Positions 25,185 to 34,085 of a stretch of 64,000 nucleotides of DNA are shown here, piece after piece; position 1 is the stretch's first letter, and each line of letters starts with the position of its first letter. The stretch is taken from assembly GCA_043784965.1 (NCBI GenBank), contig JAYVXS010000165.1, forward strand, positions 14,834 to 78,833. The letters are read 5' to 3'. The notes below the pieces were generated by a model. That model made no database searches. It was not told where the DNA came from and was given only the letters and a program-made list of their open reading frames with translations. The stretch comes from Bdellovibrionales bacterium. GTDB taxonomy: Bacteria > Bdellovibrionota > Bdellovibrionia > Bdellovibrionales > JAMPXM01. Made by a program: the position numbers and the translations under genes.

Positions 25185-27086
25185 TTATTTCGATTTTTTC
25201 TGAGTCGCGGCTTTTTCGGTGGCCTTCGCTTTAGACTTTGAGGCTGTTTTCTCAGTCCCCTGGGCTTGTTTTTCCGTCGCCTGTTTTTCAGTCGATTTGA
25301 CAGTCGATTTGACAGTCGAATCTTGGGCCTCTTTAGCCGTGGTTCCCTTTTGCGTGCCCTTATCTTTAGAGCCCTCAAGCTCTTCGTCTACTGGAGCTTC
25401 AAATTCAGTTAGCTCTTCGGTGAGCAATTCACTCTCAACATGGCGCTGATCAAATTTCACCCCAGCTTTGAGGGCTTTTTCTTTCAAAGCTTGCAATCGA
25501 ACCTCAGCAACTGACAGGTCTTTTTCAGCCGCACGTGTGTCTCGACCCAACAGCTTTTTCAAGCCTTCTTCGGCATTTTTTTTGCGTGTCTGATTAGCGC
25601 CGGTAATACGAACCAAGCCCTCAACCAAGATTGGACCGAATTGTTCAATATGGGCCAATTTTCTCTCAAGATCTGCTTCTTTATTTTCTTTGCGAATATG
25701 GCGAGAGAGCTGCTGGCCCGCTTGCATCAATGTACGCCTGATTTCCTCAATGAGCTCATCGGATGCATCTATTGTTTCTTTCGAGGCATTTTTAAACTTA
25801 ATAAATGGCGAGACCACACTAATGGCGAATACATAGGGGCCGGAAGGAATACTATCTTTACCTTGCGCAAGCCCATACGAACGCCAATTGACACTTTCAA
25901 CAGCTTGAGTGATCGCACATGAACTCTTATCAAACTGCAAGGGCACACGATTGGCGAAGCGAAGAAGTTGAATAGATTCATCCATGCTACCTCTGGTTAA
26001 AAACCGGGCCAAGGCCACTTCAACAACGACGGGTTTAAAATCACAAATTCGCGGTTTGCGGGTTACCACTGAGAAGAAATCGATGTCACCAAGTCGCATA
26101 ATACTTTTCGAAAGTGCTTCTTCACCAACAGTAAGTACTGATTTAGTAGAGGGGCTTTGCAATTCAACTTTTTGAATGACCTGAAAAGCAGCTTTAAATT
26201 CGCCTTCCTTCATTTTCATTACCGGCATATTCAACAAAGATTTTGGCATTCCGCCTTTAACGAGATCCTTAATTGTTTGATCACTCACTCGAGAAAAGCC
26301 AGTTTTCAAGAATTTGCCGAAATCAACTTTCCCGAAAAGGTGCGCGTGAGTCATAAATTCGCCAAGCTTCATCGTATGTGGATGCGGCAAAGTACTCTCT
26401 GGAATTTCAGGACAAATATCAGTAACCCGCTTTACCTTCACCCATTCTTGATCGACAACTTTGTAGTCTAAACTCATATGGGGATTTACTAAAGTAGTGC
26501 CCTCTAAATAGGTCAAAAGTCCACCATCACCATTTAATTGAATTCGTCCATCAATACGAAACTCAACACGGGTCCCATGCGGACGATCCCAATCGATGCT
26601 TTCCTTTTTCTTAAGGACACCCTTGTTAGCTTTAATATCGACGTCGACAAGACAACTAATTGCCTTGCGCATATTTTTCTGGATTGTCGTCACCTGCACA
26701 CCCGAAGCATTCGTCAGCTGAGCCCAGGTTGTCGCTGCCGAAATGCCTATACCCTGTTGTCCGCGTGAACATTGGCCTTTACCAAATTTACTAGAGGCCA
26801 GATACTCGCCAAAAACCTTTGCAATATCATCCGGATCAATCCCGGGACCATTATCTTCAACGACGATTTTAATTAGATCAGTTGATTTCGAACTTCCTTC
26901 GCCGATTTTTGTAATTGAAACCTTCAAGTCCGGCAAAATTGAGCTTTCTTCACAGGCATCAAGTGAGTTATCAACGGCCTCTTTAAGAGTCGTCAATACG
27001 GCTTTAAGTGGCGAAGAAAATCCCACCTGTTGCAAATTCTTTGCGAAATACTCCGCGGTACTACTGCTGGTAATTTTTTTTGACAC
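25185..27086 (-). CDS. top6B: DNA topoisomerase VI subunit B (GHKL ATPase)
   Basis: 633 aa. Bergerat-fold motifs are EAVDNSLDA (N box), EDNGPGI (G1) and GQQGIG (G2). A ~90-aa Lys/Glu/Thr-rich C-terminal tail is present. The stop lies 12 nt before the top6A start. Confidence 0.85.
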   Translation of the reverse strand: MSKKITSSSTAEYFAKNLQQVGFSSPLKAVLTTLKEAVDNSLDACEESSILPDLKVSITKIGEGSSKSTDLIKIVVEDNGPGIDPDDIAKVFGEYLASSKFGKGQCSRGQQGIGISAATTWAQLTNASGVQVTTIQKNMRKAISCLVDVDIKANKGVLKKKESIDWDRPHGTRVEFRIDGRIQLNGDGGLLTYLEGTTLVNPHMSLDYKVVDQEWVKVKRVTDICPEIPESTLPHPHTMKLGEFMTHAHLFGKVDFGKFLKTGFSRVSDQTIKDLVKGGMPKSLLNMPVMKMKEGEFKAAFQVIQKVELQSPSTKSVLTVGEEALSKSIMRLGDIDFFSVVTRKPRICDFKPVVVEVALARFLTRGSMDESIQLLRFANRVPLQFDKSSCAITQAVESVNWRSYGLAQGKDSIPSGPYVFAISVVSPFIKFKNASKETIDASDELIEEIRRTLMQAGQQLSRHIRKENKEADLERKLAHIEQFGPILVEGLVRITGANQTRKKNAEEGLKKLLGRDTRAAEKDLSVAEVRLQALKEKALKAGVKFDQRHVESELLTEELTEFEAPVDEELEGSKDKGTQKGTTAKEAQDSTVKSTVKSTEKQATEKQAQGTEKTASKSKAKATEKAATQKKSK

Positions 27087-27453
27087 TTTACAATTATCCT
27101 TTTTGGCCTCTTTGAGTCCGCTTGCAAGAAGAGCCTTTGTGCTTTCAAAAGTATTATCAAATTACATTCAAGCGTCATTCTTCATCTCAATTCAACAAAA
27201 AAATTTAAATCGCGCGAAAATCACACAGTTTATTGCAAATGCCTTTTAGCTGAATCTGCGATAATTCTAATGGACGTCATTGTGTTTTGGCAGGTGATGA
27301 AGTATTTTTGAACACAAATCTGAGTTCCATGAGCATTGCTCATTGAATTGGCGTTTTTAAAGTGATGCGGCGTTTCTGTTATTGTTGAGCCTGTCCAATT
27401 TGTTATCATCTAGAAATGTTTTTGATCAAATTTAAACGAAAGAAGCTATTGAA

Positions 27454-28053
27454 ATGACATTAGAAAGAAAATGGATTCTACGCTTTACTTGTTTAGCGTT
27501 TCTACCCTTTGCCATAGCTGTAGAACCACCGCCGCAGGCTGCTCCCGCCGCACCTCCTACGACAACTCTCGAGAAAATCAAAATCAACGAGATCGCGACG
27601 AAGAGCCCCCAGGGTCTCGAAAAAAAGACCAAAAAATCAGGGGATGCCAAAAAAGAAAAAAGTGTTTTAAAAATTCCAGCAGAAATTAAAAATTTAATCA
27701 TTGAAGACCTGCTGCCAGGTTCTGGCCGAGCAGCGGTCAAAGGAAAAAGCGTCAAAGTAAACTATACCGGTTGGTTTTTTGATGCAAAACAACCGCAATT
27801 GAAGGGTTTTCAGCTCGATTCCTCAGAAGGCAAAGAGCCCTTTGAATTTACCCTAGGTGAAAAGCAGGTGATCGCCGGATGGGATGAAGGTTTAGTCAAT
27901 ATGAAAGTTGGTGGAAAGCGAAAACTTTATATTCCAGCGGAGCTGGCCTATGGCAGCCGTGGCACTCGTGATGGCGTTGTTCCGATCAATCAGGCTTTGC
28001 TTTTCGAAATCGAACTACTCGACGTAATGGATGAAAAAACCGTGCTAAAATAA
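27454..28053 (+). CDS. FKBP-type peptidyl-prolyl cis-trans isomerase, secreted
   Basis: Signal peptide. VKVNYTGWF...FEFTLGEKQVIAGWDEGLVNMKVGGKRKLYIPAELAYG...LLFEIELLDV. Confidence 0.85.
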   Translation: MTLERKWILRFTCLAFLPFAIAVEPPPQAAPAAPPTTTLEKIKINEIATKSPQGLEKKTKKSGDAKKEKSVLKIPAEIKNLIIEDLLPGSGRAAVKGKSVKVNYTGWFFDAKQPQLKGFQLDSSEGKEPFEFTLGEKQVIAGWDEGLVNMKVGGKRKLYIPAELAYGSRGTRDGVVPINQALLFEIELLDVMDEKTVLK

Positions 28054-28887
28054 GTATTTATCAGGAAGCCCCATTCTCGAAGCGATAATCCGGGTAATCT
28101 CTGTCGCCGTCTCTTCAAGTGCCCGTTCGGTAACGTTTAATACTGGCCATCTTTTATTTTGTTTAAATATGCCTTGGGCATATTCGATTTCTTGAGCAAT
28201 ATAACTGCTCCGGGCGTACTCTCCACCTGGGTCTTGACCAAATTTCTCAAGTCGATTTCGCCGTATTCGCGACAAACTATCGGGGTCGATAATTAGACCA
28301 ATGATTTTTCTTTGATCGACAGTCGCAAGCTCTTGCGGGAGCAGCGTATTTAAAACAAGAGGAATATTTACCACCTTCCAACCCTTGTGACTTAAAAAAA
28401 TTGAAAGTGGCGTCTTACTAGTACGACTGACGCCCACCAATATAATATCGGCTTGGTCGAGATCTGTCAGACACTTTCCATCGTCATGTTTAACGGTGTA
28501 TTCGATGGCTTCAATTCGTTTAAAATAACGTAAATCAACGCTATGAAGAAGGCCGACCTGGTGAGTGGATTTCACTCCAAAATAAATATCAAGTTGATCC
28601 AATAGGGGACCAAGTAGATCGACGGTCTGAAGACCTTTTCCCGAGGCATATTCGCGAATTTTATCTCTCAAATGAGGCGATGCCATAGTATGAACGATAA
28701 TTGCCTTTGCCTCAAAAGCCATGTCAATTAATGACTCAACTTGGTTTTCATTTCGAACATTCTTATGACGAACTATTTGCGAGTCGACCTCAGAATATTG
28801 AACCAGTGCGGCTCGAATCATAGTCGACGCGGTTTCACCGGTACCATCTGATATTATATAGACTGTGGCCTTTCGCTCTTCAGTCAT
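28045..28887 (-). CDS. ppsR: Pyruvate,water/phosphate dikinase regulatory protein (kinase/pyrophosphorylase, DUF299)
   Basis: The start is taken at MTEERKATVYIISDGTGETA. The P-loop is GVSRTSKTPLS. 8-nt overlap with the upstream ORF. Confidence 0.75.
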   Translation of the reverse strand: MTEERKATVYIISDGTGETASTMIRAALVQYSEVDSQIVRHKNVRNENQVESLIDMAFEAKAIIVHTMASPHLRDKIREYASGKGLQTVDLLGPLLDQLDIYFGVKSTHQVGLLHSVDLRYFKRIEAIEYTVKHDDGKCLTDLDQADIILVGVSRTSKTPLSIFLSHKGWKVVNIPLVLNTLLPQELATVDQRKIIGLIIDPDSLSRIRRNRLEKFGQDPGGEYARSSYIAQEIEYAQGIFKQNKRWPVLNVTERALEETATEITRIIASRMGLPDKYLF

Positions 28888-29386
28888 TGGCGCCTTCTTC
28901 AACAATTTCAAAAATAAAATTACCGTCATTCAATTTTGCATTCGCGACTTTGGTAAATTCACCAGATGAAATTTCGCTAGGTAAAAATATACGCGCCTGC
29001 AAAATCTTTAACTCACGCAAAACCTTGATGCATCTTTGAACCCAATCGCTTATCGAGTTGTCTTTAAATGGAATTTGAACCGTCAATTGATTTGGTAAAA
29101 GCTTATGACTGGCAATTAGGAGTGCACTTTTCTCACGATCCAAATTTTTCACACTTTTAGTTAAATCTTGCAAATTGACACCCCAATTTGCAATTTTCTC
29201 TTGAGTGGCCTGCGAAATTTTTTTGGGCTTATGAAGGCTGGATCGACGCAATTGAAAATTCAAATACCAATCAAGTTTTTGCGCCAATTTTGAACTCTCA
29301 AGATCGGCAACAATCCATAATTTGGAACCGCTAGAAAATGCCATGTTTTGAACTTTTATATGATTCATCAGTCCGGATTGAAGCAC
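28880..29386 (-). CDS. Hypothetical protein, translationally coupled to ppsR
   Basis: 168-aa ORF with an ambiguous start (GTG 29386, ATG 29368 or ATG 29344). No motif recognised. Confidence 0.4.
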   Translation of the reverse strand: MLQSGLMNHIKVQNMAFSSGSKLWIVADLESSKLAQKLDWYLNFQLRRSSLHKPKKISQATQEKIANWGVNLQDLTKSVKNLDREKSALLIASHKLLPNQLTVQIPFKDNSISDWVQRCIKVLRELKILQARIFLPSEISSGEFTKVANAKLNDGNFIFEIVEEGAND

Positions 29387-29507
29387 CTTTTACTTGGACC
29401 AAGCAAGCTAGATTTTAGGCCAATCGCCTCGCTAAGAAAAAACTAAGTTAAAAAACTAAAATAAAAATCTAAGATAAAATATCTATTGCGTTAATAGGTA
29501 AATTTTA

Positions 29508-29927
29508 TTAGTTGGTGACCCCTAAAGATTTTGCAATCTGATCAATGATTCCGTTCACGAAGGATCCGGACTCAATAGTTCCGTAAAGTTTTGCAATATC
29601 AATTGCTTCGTTAATCACAATTTTTGGCGCAAGTGGTTTTTCACTAAAATGCATCTCAAACACCGCCACTCTCAATATATTAATATCAACTAAGGACATG
29701 CGACTGATCTTCCAATGTGCACTATGGCTTTGAATTACAGGATCAATTTCGGATTTATGTTTTAAAACCCCATCACAGAGGTTTTGAGAAAAGTGGGCAA
29801 CTTCGGAGTCGATCTGAAAGTCTTCAGCGTACTGACGAAGCCATTCCGCCGGAGTCATCTTGCCCTGAAACTCATGGCCAAATAAATACTGCAAAGCCAA
29901 CTCACGTGCGGCACGCCTCGAACCCAT
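29508..29927 (-). CDS. nusB: Transcription antitermination factor NusB
   Basis: MGSRRAARELALQYLF.... An SD GAGGA precedes this ATG. The length and the conserved N-terminal RR.AR motif fit NusB. Confidence 0.85.
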   Translation of the reverse strand: MGSRRAARELALQYLFGHEFQGKMTPAEWLRQYAEDFQIDSEVAHFSQNLCDGVLKHKSEIDPVIQSHSAHWKISRMSLVDINILRVAVFEMHFSEKPLAPKIVINEAIDIAKLYGTIESGSFVNGIIDQIAKSLGVTN

Positions 29928-30082
29928 GGCAATCCTCAATTTCCAAAGAACAAATTTTTCACACTCAGAACCGCCAATAATATTGCATTAAGCGGGCTGC
30001 GTCAATAATTTCATTCGATTTCTTTGTTATTGCATCGAATTTATACTAATTCAGTGCAATCGTTCACTAGCAGGAGTTCAAA

Positions 30083-30820
30083 ATGTTATTAGGCTCAAGC
30101 CAAAGGTTTTCAGCGCTTGTCGTAGTTATTTTGTTTGTGACTTTTTTAATTCAGGATCCGGCACGAGCCGAGGAAGATGGCATGGGCGCGGTCGATTATA
30201 GCGATAAATCTGAAAGAGTTGAGGCCCATCCAGATAAGTTGCCGGCAAAATCAGCTCCCCATAAACTAGGCCGAAGGGCGGCCGAAAAATATATGGGTCA
30301 GACGTCAGAAGAGAAAGAGCTACGCCGACCGGCTTCACTATCAAAAGAAACCCACTATATGGCTGTCCACATAGGGACATTTGTCGGCGATGACTCCTAC
30401 AAATGGGGCTCTGAGCATGAGAGCAATATTGGCAAACTCAATATGGGAGTCACTTATCGTATTGGCGAATGGGCGAATGCCGCTGATCTCGATTTTCGCG
30501 CGGATTTTTCAACTTTTAATTTAGCGGTGGGTGGGGCGTCCAAACTGAGCCTCTTACCGGTGGTTATTTTCCCGGATGCTTCTAGCCACTTTCCGCTTTA
30601 TTTTGGCGCTGGCGCGGGACCTGGTTTTTATTTGAAGCAAGTTTCAGGTCAGTCGCAGATTTCTTTCGATTATCAACTTTTTTTAGGAGCCCGATTTTTC
30701 AATATTCTCGACAGCACGGGACTTTTTATTGAAGCCGGCATTAAAAATCATTTTCATTTATTATCCAACGGCCAATATGACGGAAGCTTTGTGGCAATTG
30801 GCGCCCTGTTTACATTTTGA
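30083..30820 (+). CDS. Outer-membrane beta-barrel protein (porin-family-like)
   Basis: SD AGGAG and a signal peptide. Alternating amphipathic strands are present, and the C-terminus ends IGALFTF with a terminal Phe. Confidence 0.6.
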   Translation: MLLGSSQRFSALVVVILFVTFLIQDPARAEEDGMGAVDYSDKSERVEAHPDKLPAKSAPHKLGRRAAEKYMGQTSEEKELRRPASLSKETHYMAVHIGTFVGDDSYKWGSEHESNIGKLNMGVTYRIGEWANAADLDFRADFSTFNLAVGGASKLSLLPVVIFPDASSHFPLYFGAGAGPGFYLKQVSGQSQISFDYQLFLGARFFNILDSTGLFIEAGIKNHFHLLSNGQYDGSFVAIGALFTF

Positions 30821-32028
30821 AAATTCATCCCCCCCTCCTTACTGCCGTAGCCCACTGCCTCGAACAAATTTTTGCTCAGGGCTATTATGCGGATAAGGTC
30901 ATCGAACGCGCTTTTAAAGCGAATAAAAAGTGGGGCGTCCGTGACCGAAAATTTATCGCCGAAAATGTTTATGAAATCGTTCGCTGGTGGAGGTTCATTT
31001 GGGTCGTCCTCGATGAGCCGGTTGATCTTTCTGAGTATTCCCTTAAGAAATTGGCCCTCGCCTATTTCTATATTTCCAAGAAAGATCTTGAAGTAAATGC
31101 TTTCGTCGACGCCTTCAGACTAGATGAACGTAAAATTAAGAATATCATCGAAAATAAAAACTTTACCGACGCTGAAACTCACTCGGTTCCGGAGTGGCTT
31201 TACGATCTCGGAAAAAAAGAGTTGGGTCCCAAATGGAATTCGATACTTGAGGCGCTAAATCTGCAAGCGCCAGTTATCTTAAGAACAAATACTTTGCGTA
31301 CGACTCCCGAAGCTTTGCGTGCAAAACTTGTTACCGAAGAGTTTGAAGTGCAAATCTTGAAGAATCCTCCTGGTGCTCTGAAGCTTCTACAGCGAAAGAA
31401 CATCTTTCTCTCTGAGGCATTTAAACTGGGACATTTTGAAATTCAAGATGGCTCAAGCCAAATGATCGCGCCGCTTTTAGATCTTAAGCCGGGAATGCGA
31501 GTCATTGATGCCTGTGCTGGCGCTGGAGGTAAAGCTCTTCATGCCGCAGCACTTATGAAAAATAAGGGCCGTATTATTGCCCTCGACATTCATGAGAAAA
31601 AACTTGCCGAACTTAAAAAGCGATCCGCTCGTGCCGGCTGCGATGTTATTGAAATGAAACTTATTGAAGGCAGTAAGACAATCAAACGTCTAGAATCCTC
31701 AGCCGATCGAGTGCTACTTGATGTCCCCTGTTCGGGTCTCGGCGCGCTTCGCAGGAACCCTGATAGCAAATGGAAACTCAGTCTAGAGCGCATTGAAGAG
31801 CTCCGACAAATCCAAGCTGATATTCTTCAAACCTATACGGTGATGGTAAAGCCTGGTGGCTTGGTCCTCTATGCCACTTGCAGTATTTTGCCGAGTGAGA
31901 ATGAGCTACAAGTTAAAAACTTTTTGGCGAATAACAAAAACTTTAAGTTAGAGACTGAGAAGCATTTTTGGCCTGGAGAAAATGATTTCGATGGTTTTTA
32001 CGCTGCACAACTTCGTCGACTCACTTGA
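30817..32028 (+). CDS. rsmB: 16S rRNA m5C methyltransferase (RsmB/NOL1-NOP2-Sun family)
   Basis: NusB-like N-terminal domain. The SAM motif is DACAGAGGK. The catalytic motifs are DVPCSGLGALRRNPD and YATCS. The TTG start overlaps the upstream stop. Confidence 0.75.
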   Translation: MKIHPPLLTAVAHCLEQIFAQGYYADKVIERAFKANKKWGVRDRKFIAENVYEIVRWWRFIWVVLDEPVDLSEYSLKKLALAYFYISKKDLEVNAFVDAFRLDERKIKNIIENKNFTDAETHSVPEWLYDLGKKELGPKWNSILEALNLQAPVILRTNTLRTTPEALRAKLVTEEFEVQILKNPPGALKLLQRKNIFLSEAFKLGHFEIQDGSSQMIAPLLDLKPGMRVIDACAGAGGKALHAAALMKNKGRIIALDIHEKKLAELKKRSARAGCDVIEMKLIEGSKTIKRLESSADRVLLDVPCSGLGALRRNPDSKWKLSLERIEELRQIQADILQTYTVMVKPGGLVLYATCSILPSENELQVKNFLANNKNFKLETEKHFWPGENDFDGFYAAQLRRLT

Positions 32029-32037
32029 ATTCAGAGA

Positions 32038-32135
32038 TTCAGGGTCTCAGGGACTGGCAACCTGAGGCCTGAAACCTGAGGTCTGAAACCTGAGACGGAG
32101 ACTGGCAAACCGCTGCGGCTGCGGCTGCCTTGGAT
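32038..32135 (+). repeat. Left direct repeat (98 bp) flanking the four-helix-bundle gene pair
   Basis: TTCAGGGTCTCAGGGACTGGCAACCTGAGGCCTGAAACCTGAGGTCTGAAACCTGAGACGGAGACTGGCAAACCGCTGCGGCTGCGGCTGCCTTGGAT. It is identical to 32851-32934 except for one extra 14-nt unit and one substitution. Confidence 0.95.
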
Positions 32136-32141
32136 CACTTT

Positions 32142-32438
32142 TCATTTCATCTTGGTTAATTTATAGATCATCCCACCCAATTGATCAGCCAGTTTGAAAG
32201 ATTCTTTTTGCTCTAGTATCGTCAGCAAGGTCTGCACTTCTTTTAAGCTAGCATACGAAATCGCATAAAATCTTGCGCGCTCTTTTGCACTTGGTCGTGC
32301 CGATCCCTCAGTTAAATTTAAGACCACGCTTAAGCTTGCTCGCTCAAGCTGATCTTTTAAAAAGGCCTTGGCTTTGATGTGCTCACATCTTTTGTAAAGC
32401 TGCAATGCCATTTGGTAACTTCTGAAATCTTTTAACAT
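32142..32438 (-). CDS. Four-helix-bundle protein (23S rRNA intervening-sequence protein / Avd family)
   Basis: 98 aa. ...LKDQLERASLSVVLNLTEGSARPSAKERARFYAISYASLKEVQTLL matches the family signature (NIAEG.g r.s.ke...fl.iA.GS..E). Confidence 0.75.
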   Translation of the reverse strand: MLKDFRSYQMALQLYKRCEHIKAKAFLKDQLERASLSVVLNLTEGSARPSAKERARFYAISYASLKEVQTLLTILEQKESFKLADQLGGMIYKLTKMK

Positions 32439-32446
32439 ATAAATTC

Positions 32447-32541
32447 CTTTCGGTGGTGGCGATTTTAATTTGAAAAATCGCGGTTCTTAGTCGCAAGCGA
32501 AACCGCGATTTTTCAAATTAAAATCGCCACAACCGAAAGGA
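32447..32541. repeat. Near-perfect palindrome (40-bp arms, 1 mismatch, 15-nt loop) at the symmetry axis of the inverted gene pair
   Basis: CCTTTCGGTGGTGGCGATTTTAATTTGAAAAATCGCGGTT, loop CTTAGTCGCAAGCGA, AACCGCGATTTTTCAAATTAAAATCGCCACAACCGAAAGG. Confidence 0.95.
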
Positions 32542-32548
32542 TCACATT

Positions 32549-32844
32549 ATGTTAGAGAATTTCAGATCATACCAAATGGCATTGCAGCTTTACAAAAAAT
32601 GTCGGGAACAAAAATTACCAAGATTTTAAAAGATCAGCTTGAAAGAGCTTCAAGCTGTGTGGTCTTAAATTTGAGCGAAGGCTCGGCACGAGTTTCAAAG
32701 AAAGAGCGCGCGAGATTTTATGTGATTGCATTTGCGAGCTTAAGAGAAGTTCAAGCTCTGATTGAGATGGAGGAAGGCCTAAAAGATTTGAATCCACTTG
32801 CGGATATATTGGGTGCTCATTTGTATAAATTGACGCGAAACTAA
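32549..32844 (+). pseudogene. Four-helix-bundle protein paralog, frameshifted
   Basis: ATG 32549 gives MLENFRSYQMALQLYKKCREQKLPRF*. The remainder (KILKDQLERASSCVVLNLSEGSARVSKKERARFYVIAFASLREVQ...) continues in another frame. This amounts to a 1-nt deletion relative to the paralog near 32620. Confidence 0.65.
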
Positions 32845-32850
32845 TAAAAT

Positions 32851-32934
32851 TTCAGGGTCTCAGGGACTGGCAACCTGAGGCCTGAAACCTGAGACGGAGA
32901 CTGGCAAACCGCTGCGGCTGCGGCTGCCTCGGAT
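32851..32934 (+). repeat. Right direct repeat (84 bp) flanking the four-helix-bundle gene pair
   Basis: Same sequence and orientation as 32038-32135, minus one CTGAGGTCTGAAAC unit. Confidence 0.95.
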
Positions 32935-32947
32935 TTCTTCGGTTTTC

Positions 32948-33850
32948 CTAGCTCAAAGTTGGTTGCTTTAGAGCTCGGTAGAAAATTTCACTAACATGTG
33001 AATTTTGTTCCGTCTTTCGTAGGTAATAGTTAACGTTGATCGAGTATTTTAAATCCGTTACCTCGACATTTATTAGGCGTCCGGCGCGCACTTGTTTTTT
33101 TATGCTATGTGAAGGTAAAAAACCCCAACCCAGACCACTTTCAATCACTTTTTTAATCGTACCAACGTTGTTACTTTCAAAAACTGGCTTTAGCTTAATA
33201 TTTTGCCTTACAAGTTCTAAGCGCAATTTTTCACTGAAACTTGAATTTCGCTCTGAAAACCGAACGAATGGCTTGAGATTCAGTTCCTTAACCGAAATCG
33301 ATTGCGGCAAACCCATTTCTTTATTTGAGGCGACTAGCCAAACCTCATCTTTCATTAATTCTCGAATTTCAAGACCTACTGGCTTCAATCCATATTCTGC
33401 CTCAACCTCAGGCAAAATAGCAGCGTCAAGCTCACCCTTTTCAAGTGCTTTAAAAATAGAAACTCCATCTTCATACATAAGGGCCATATTAATCTTAGCA
33501 TTATGTCTCAAAAAAGTTCCAACTAATGGACCAAGTATATACAAACCAAGAGAATTAAGTGTGCCGATACGAAGAGATCCTTGAACTCCCTCTCCGATCG
33601 TTTGAATGGCGACTTGAGCCTGCTGGGTAAGTGCGATAATTTTTTTGGCATATTCGTATAGCAACTGCCCTTGAATTGTGGCTCGTGCCTGTCTCGTTCC
33701 ACGAACAAGTAACTCAACCCCAGTCTCTTCTTCAAGATTTCGAATCTGCTGACTTACTGCTGGCTGAGTGAGATAAAGCTTCTCTGCTGCAGCTGTCATG
33801 CTCCCCTCAGAAATCACGGTCGTAAAAGTTACGAGTTGCTGTAAATTCAC
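32948..33850 (-). CDS. LysR-family transcriptional regulator
   Basis: The N-terminal wHTH is LQQLVTFTTVISEGSMTAAAEKLYLTQPAVSQQIRNLEEETGVELL. A ~300-aa LysR substrate-binding layout follows. Confidence 0.85.
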   Translation of the reverse strand: MNLQQLVTFTTVISEGSMTAAAEKLYLTQPAVSQQIRNLEEETGVELLVRGTRQARATIQGQLLYEYAKKIIALTQQAQVAIQTIGEGVQGSLRIGTLNSLGLYILGPLVGTFLRHNAKINMALMYEDGVSIFKALEKGELDAAILPEVEAEYGLKPVGLEIRELMKDEVWLVASNKEMGLPQSISVKELNLKPFVRFSERNSSFSEKLRLELVRQNIKLKPVFESNNVGTIKKVIESGLGWGFLPSHSIKKQVRAGRLINVEVTDLKYSINVNYYLRKTEQNSHVSEIFYRALKQPTLS

Positions 33851-34085
33851 CTGAAGCCCCCTTCAAATTGTTGTCGCGGCAGACCATCTAATCGAGGCGA
33901 TTATGATCAAGTCTCTCGCCGAAATCAAGCGGCTCAATTAGACGACTCCTCGCGCGACGATAGTCTTAGCTCAGTAAAGTAGAGTGAATCGACGAAAACT
34001 CATCATTCAAGGCTTTAGCCACGACTAGTTATAAATGAAGTCTACTATATTTTTAAAAAAATCCTGTCACAATATAGAAACAGCT

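Noticed and set aside
32038-32135. CRISPR-like appearance of CCTGAGGYCTGAAAC units ending in GAAAC.
   Set aside because: The units are directly adjacent with no spacers, there are only 2-3 copies, and no cas genes are present. This is a sub-repeat of the dispersed element.
32038-32934. A diversity-generating retroelement, since the four-helix-bundle genes are Avd-like and 84/98-bp repeats could be a TR/VR pair.
   Set aside because: No reverse transcriptase is in the window. The repeats are non-coding and differ by an indel plus a single T/C substitution that does not involve adenine, not by adenine-specific substitutions.
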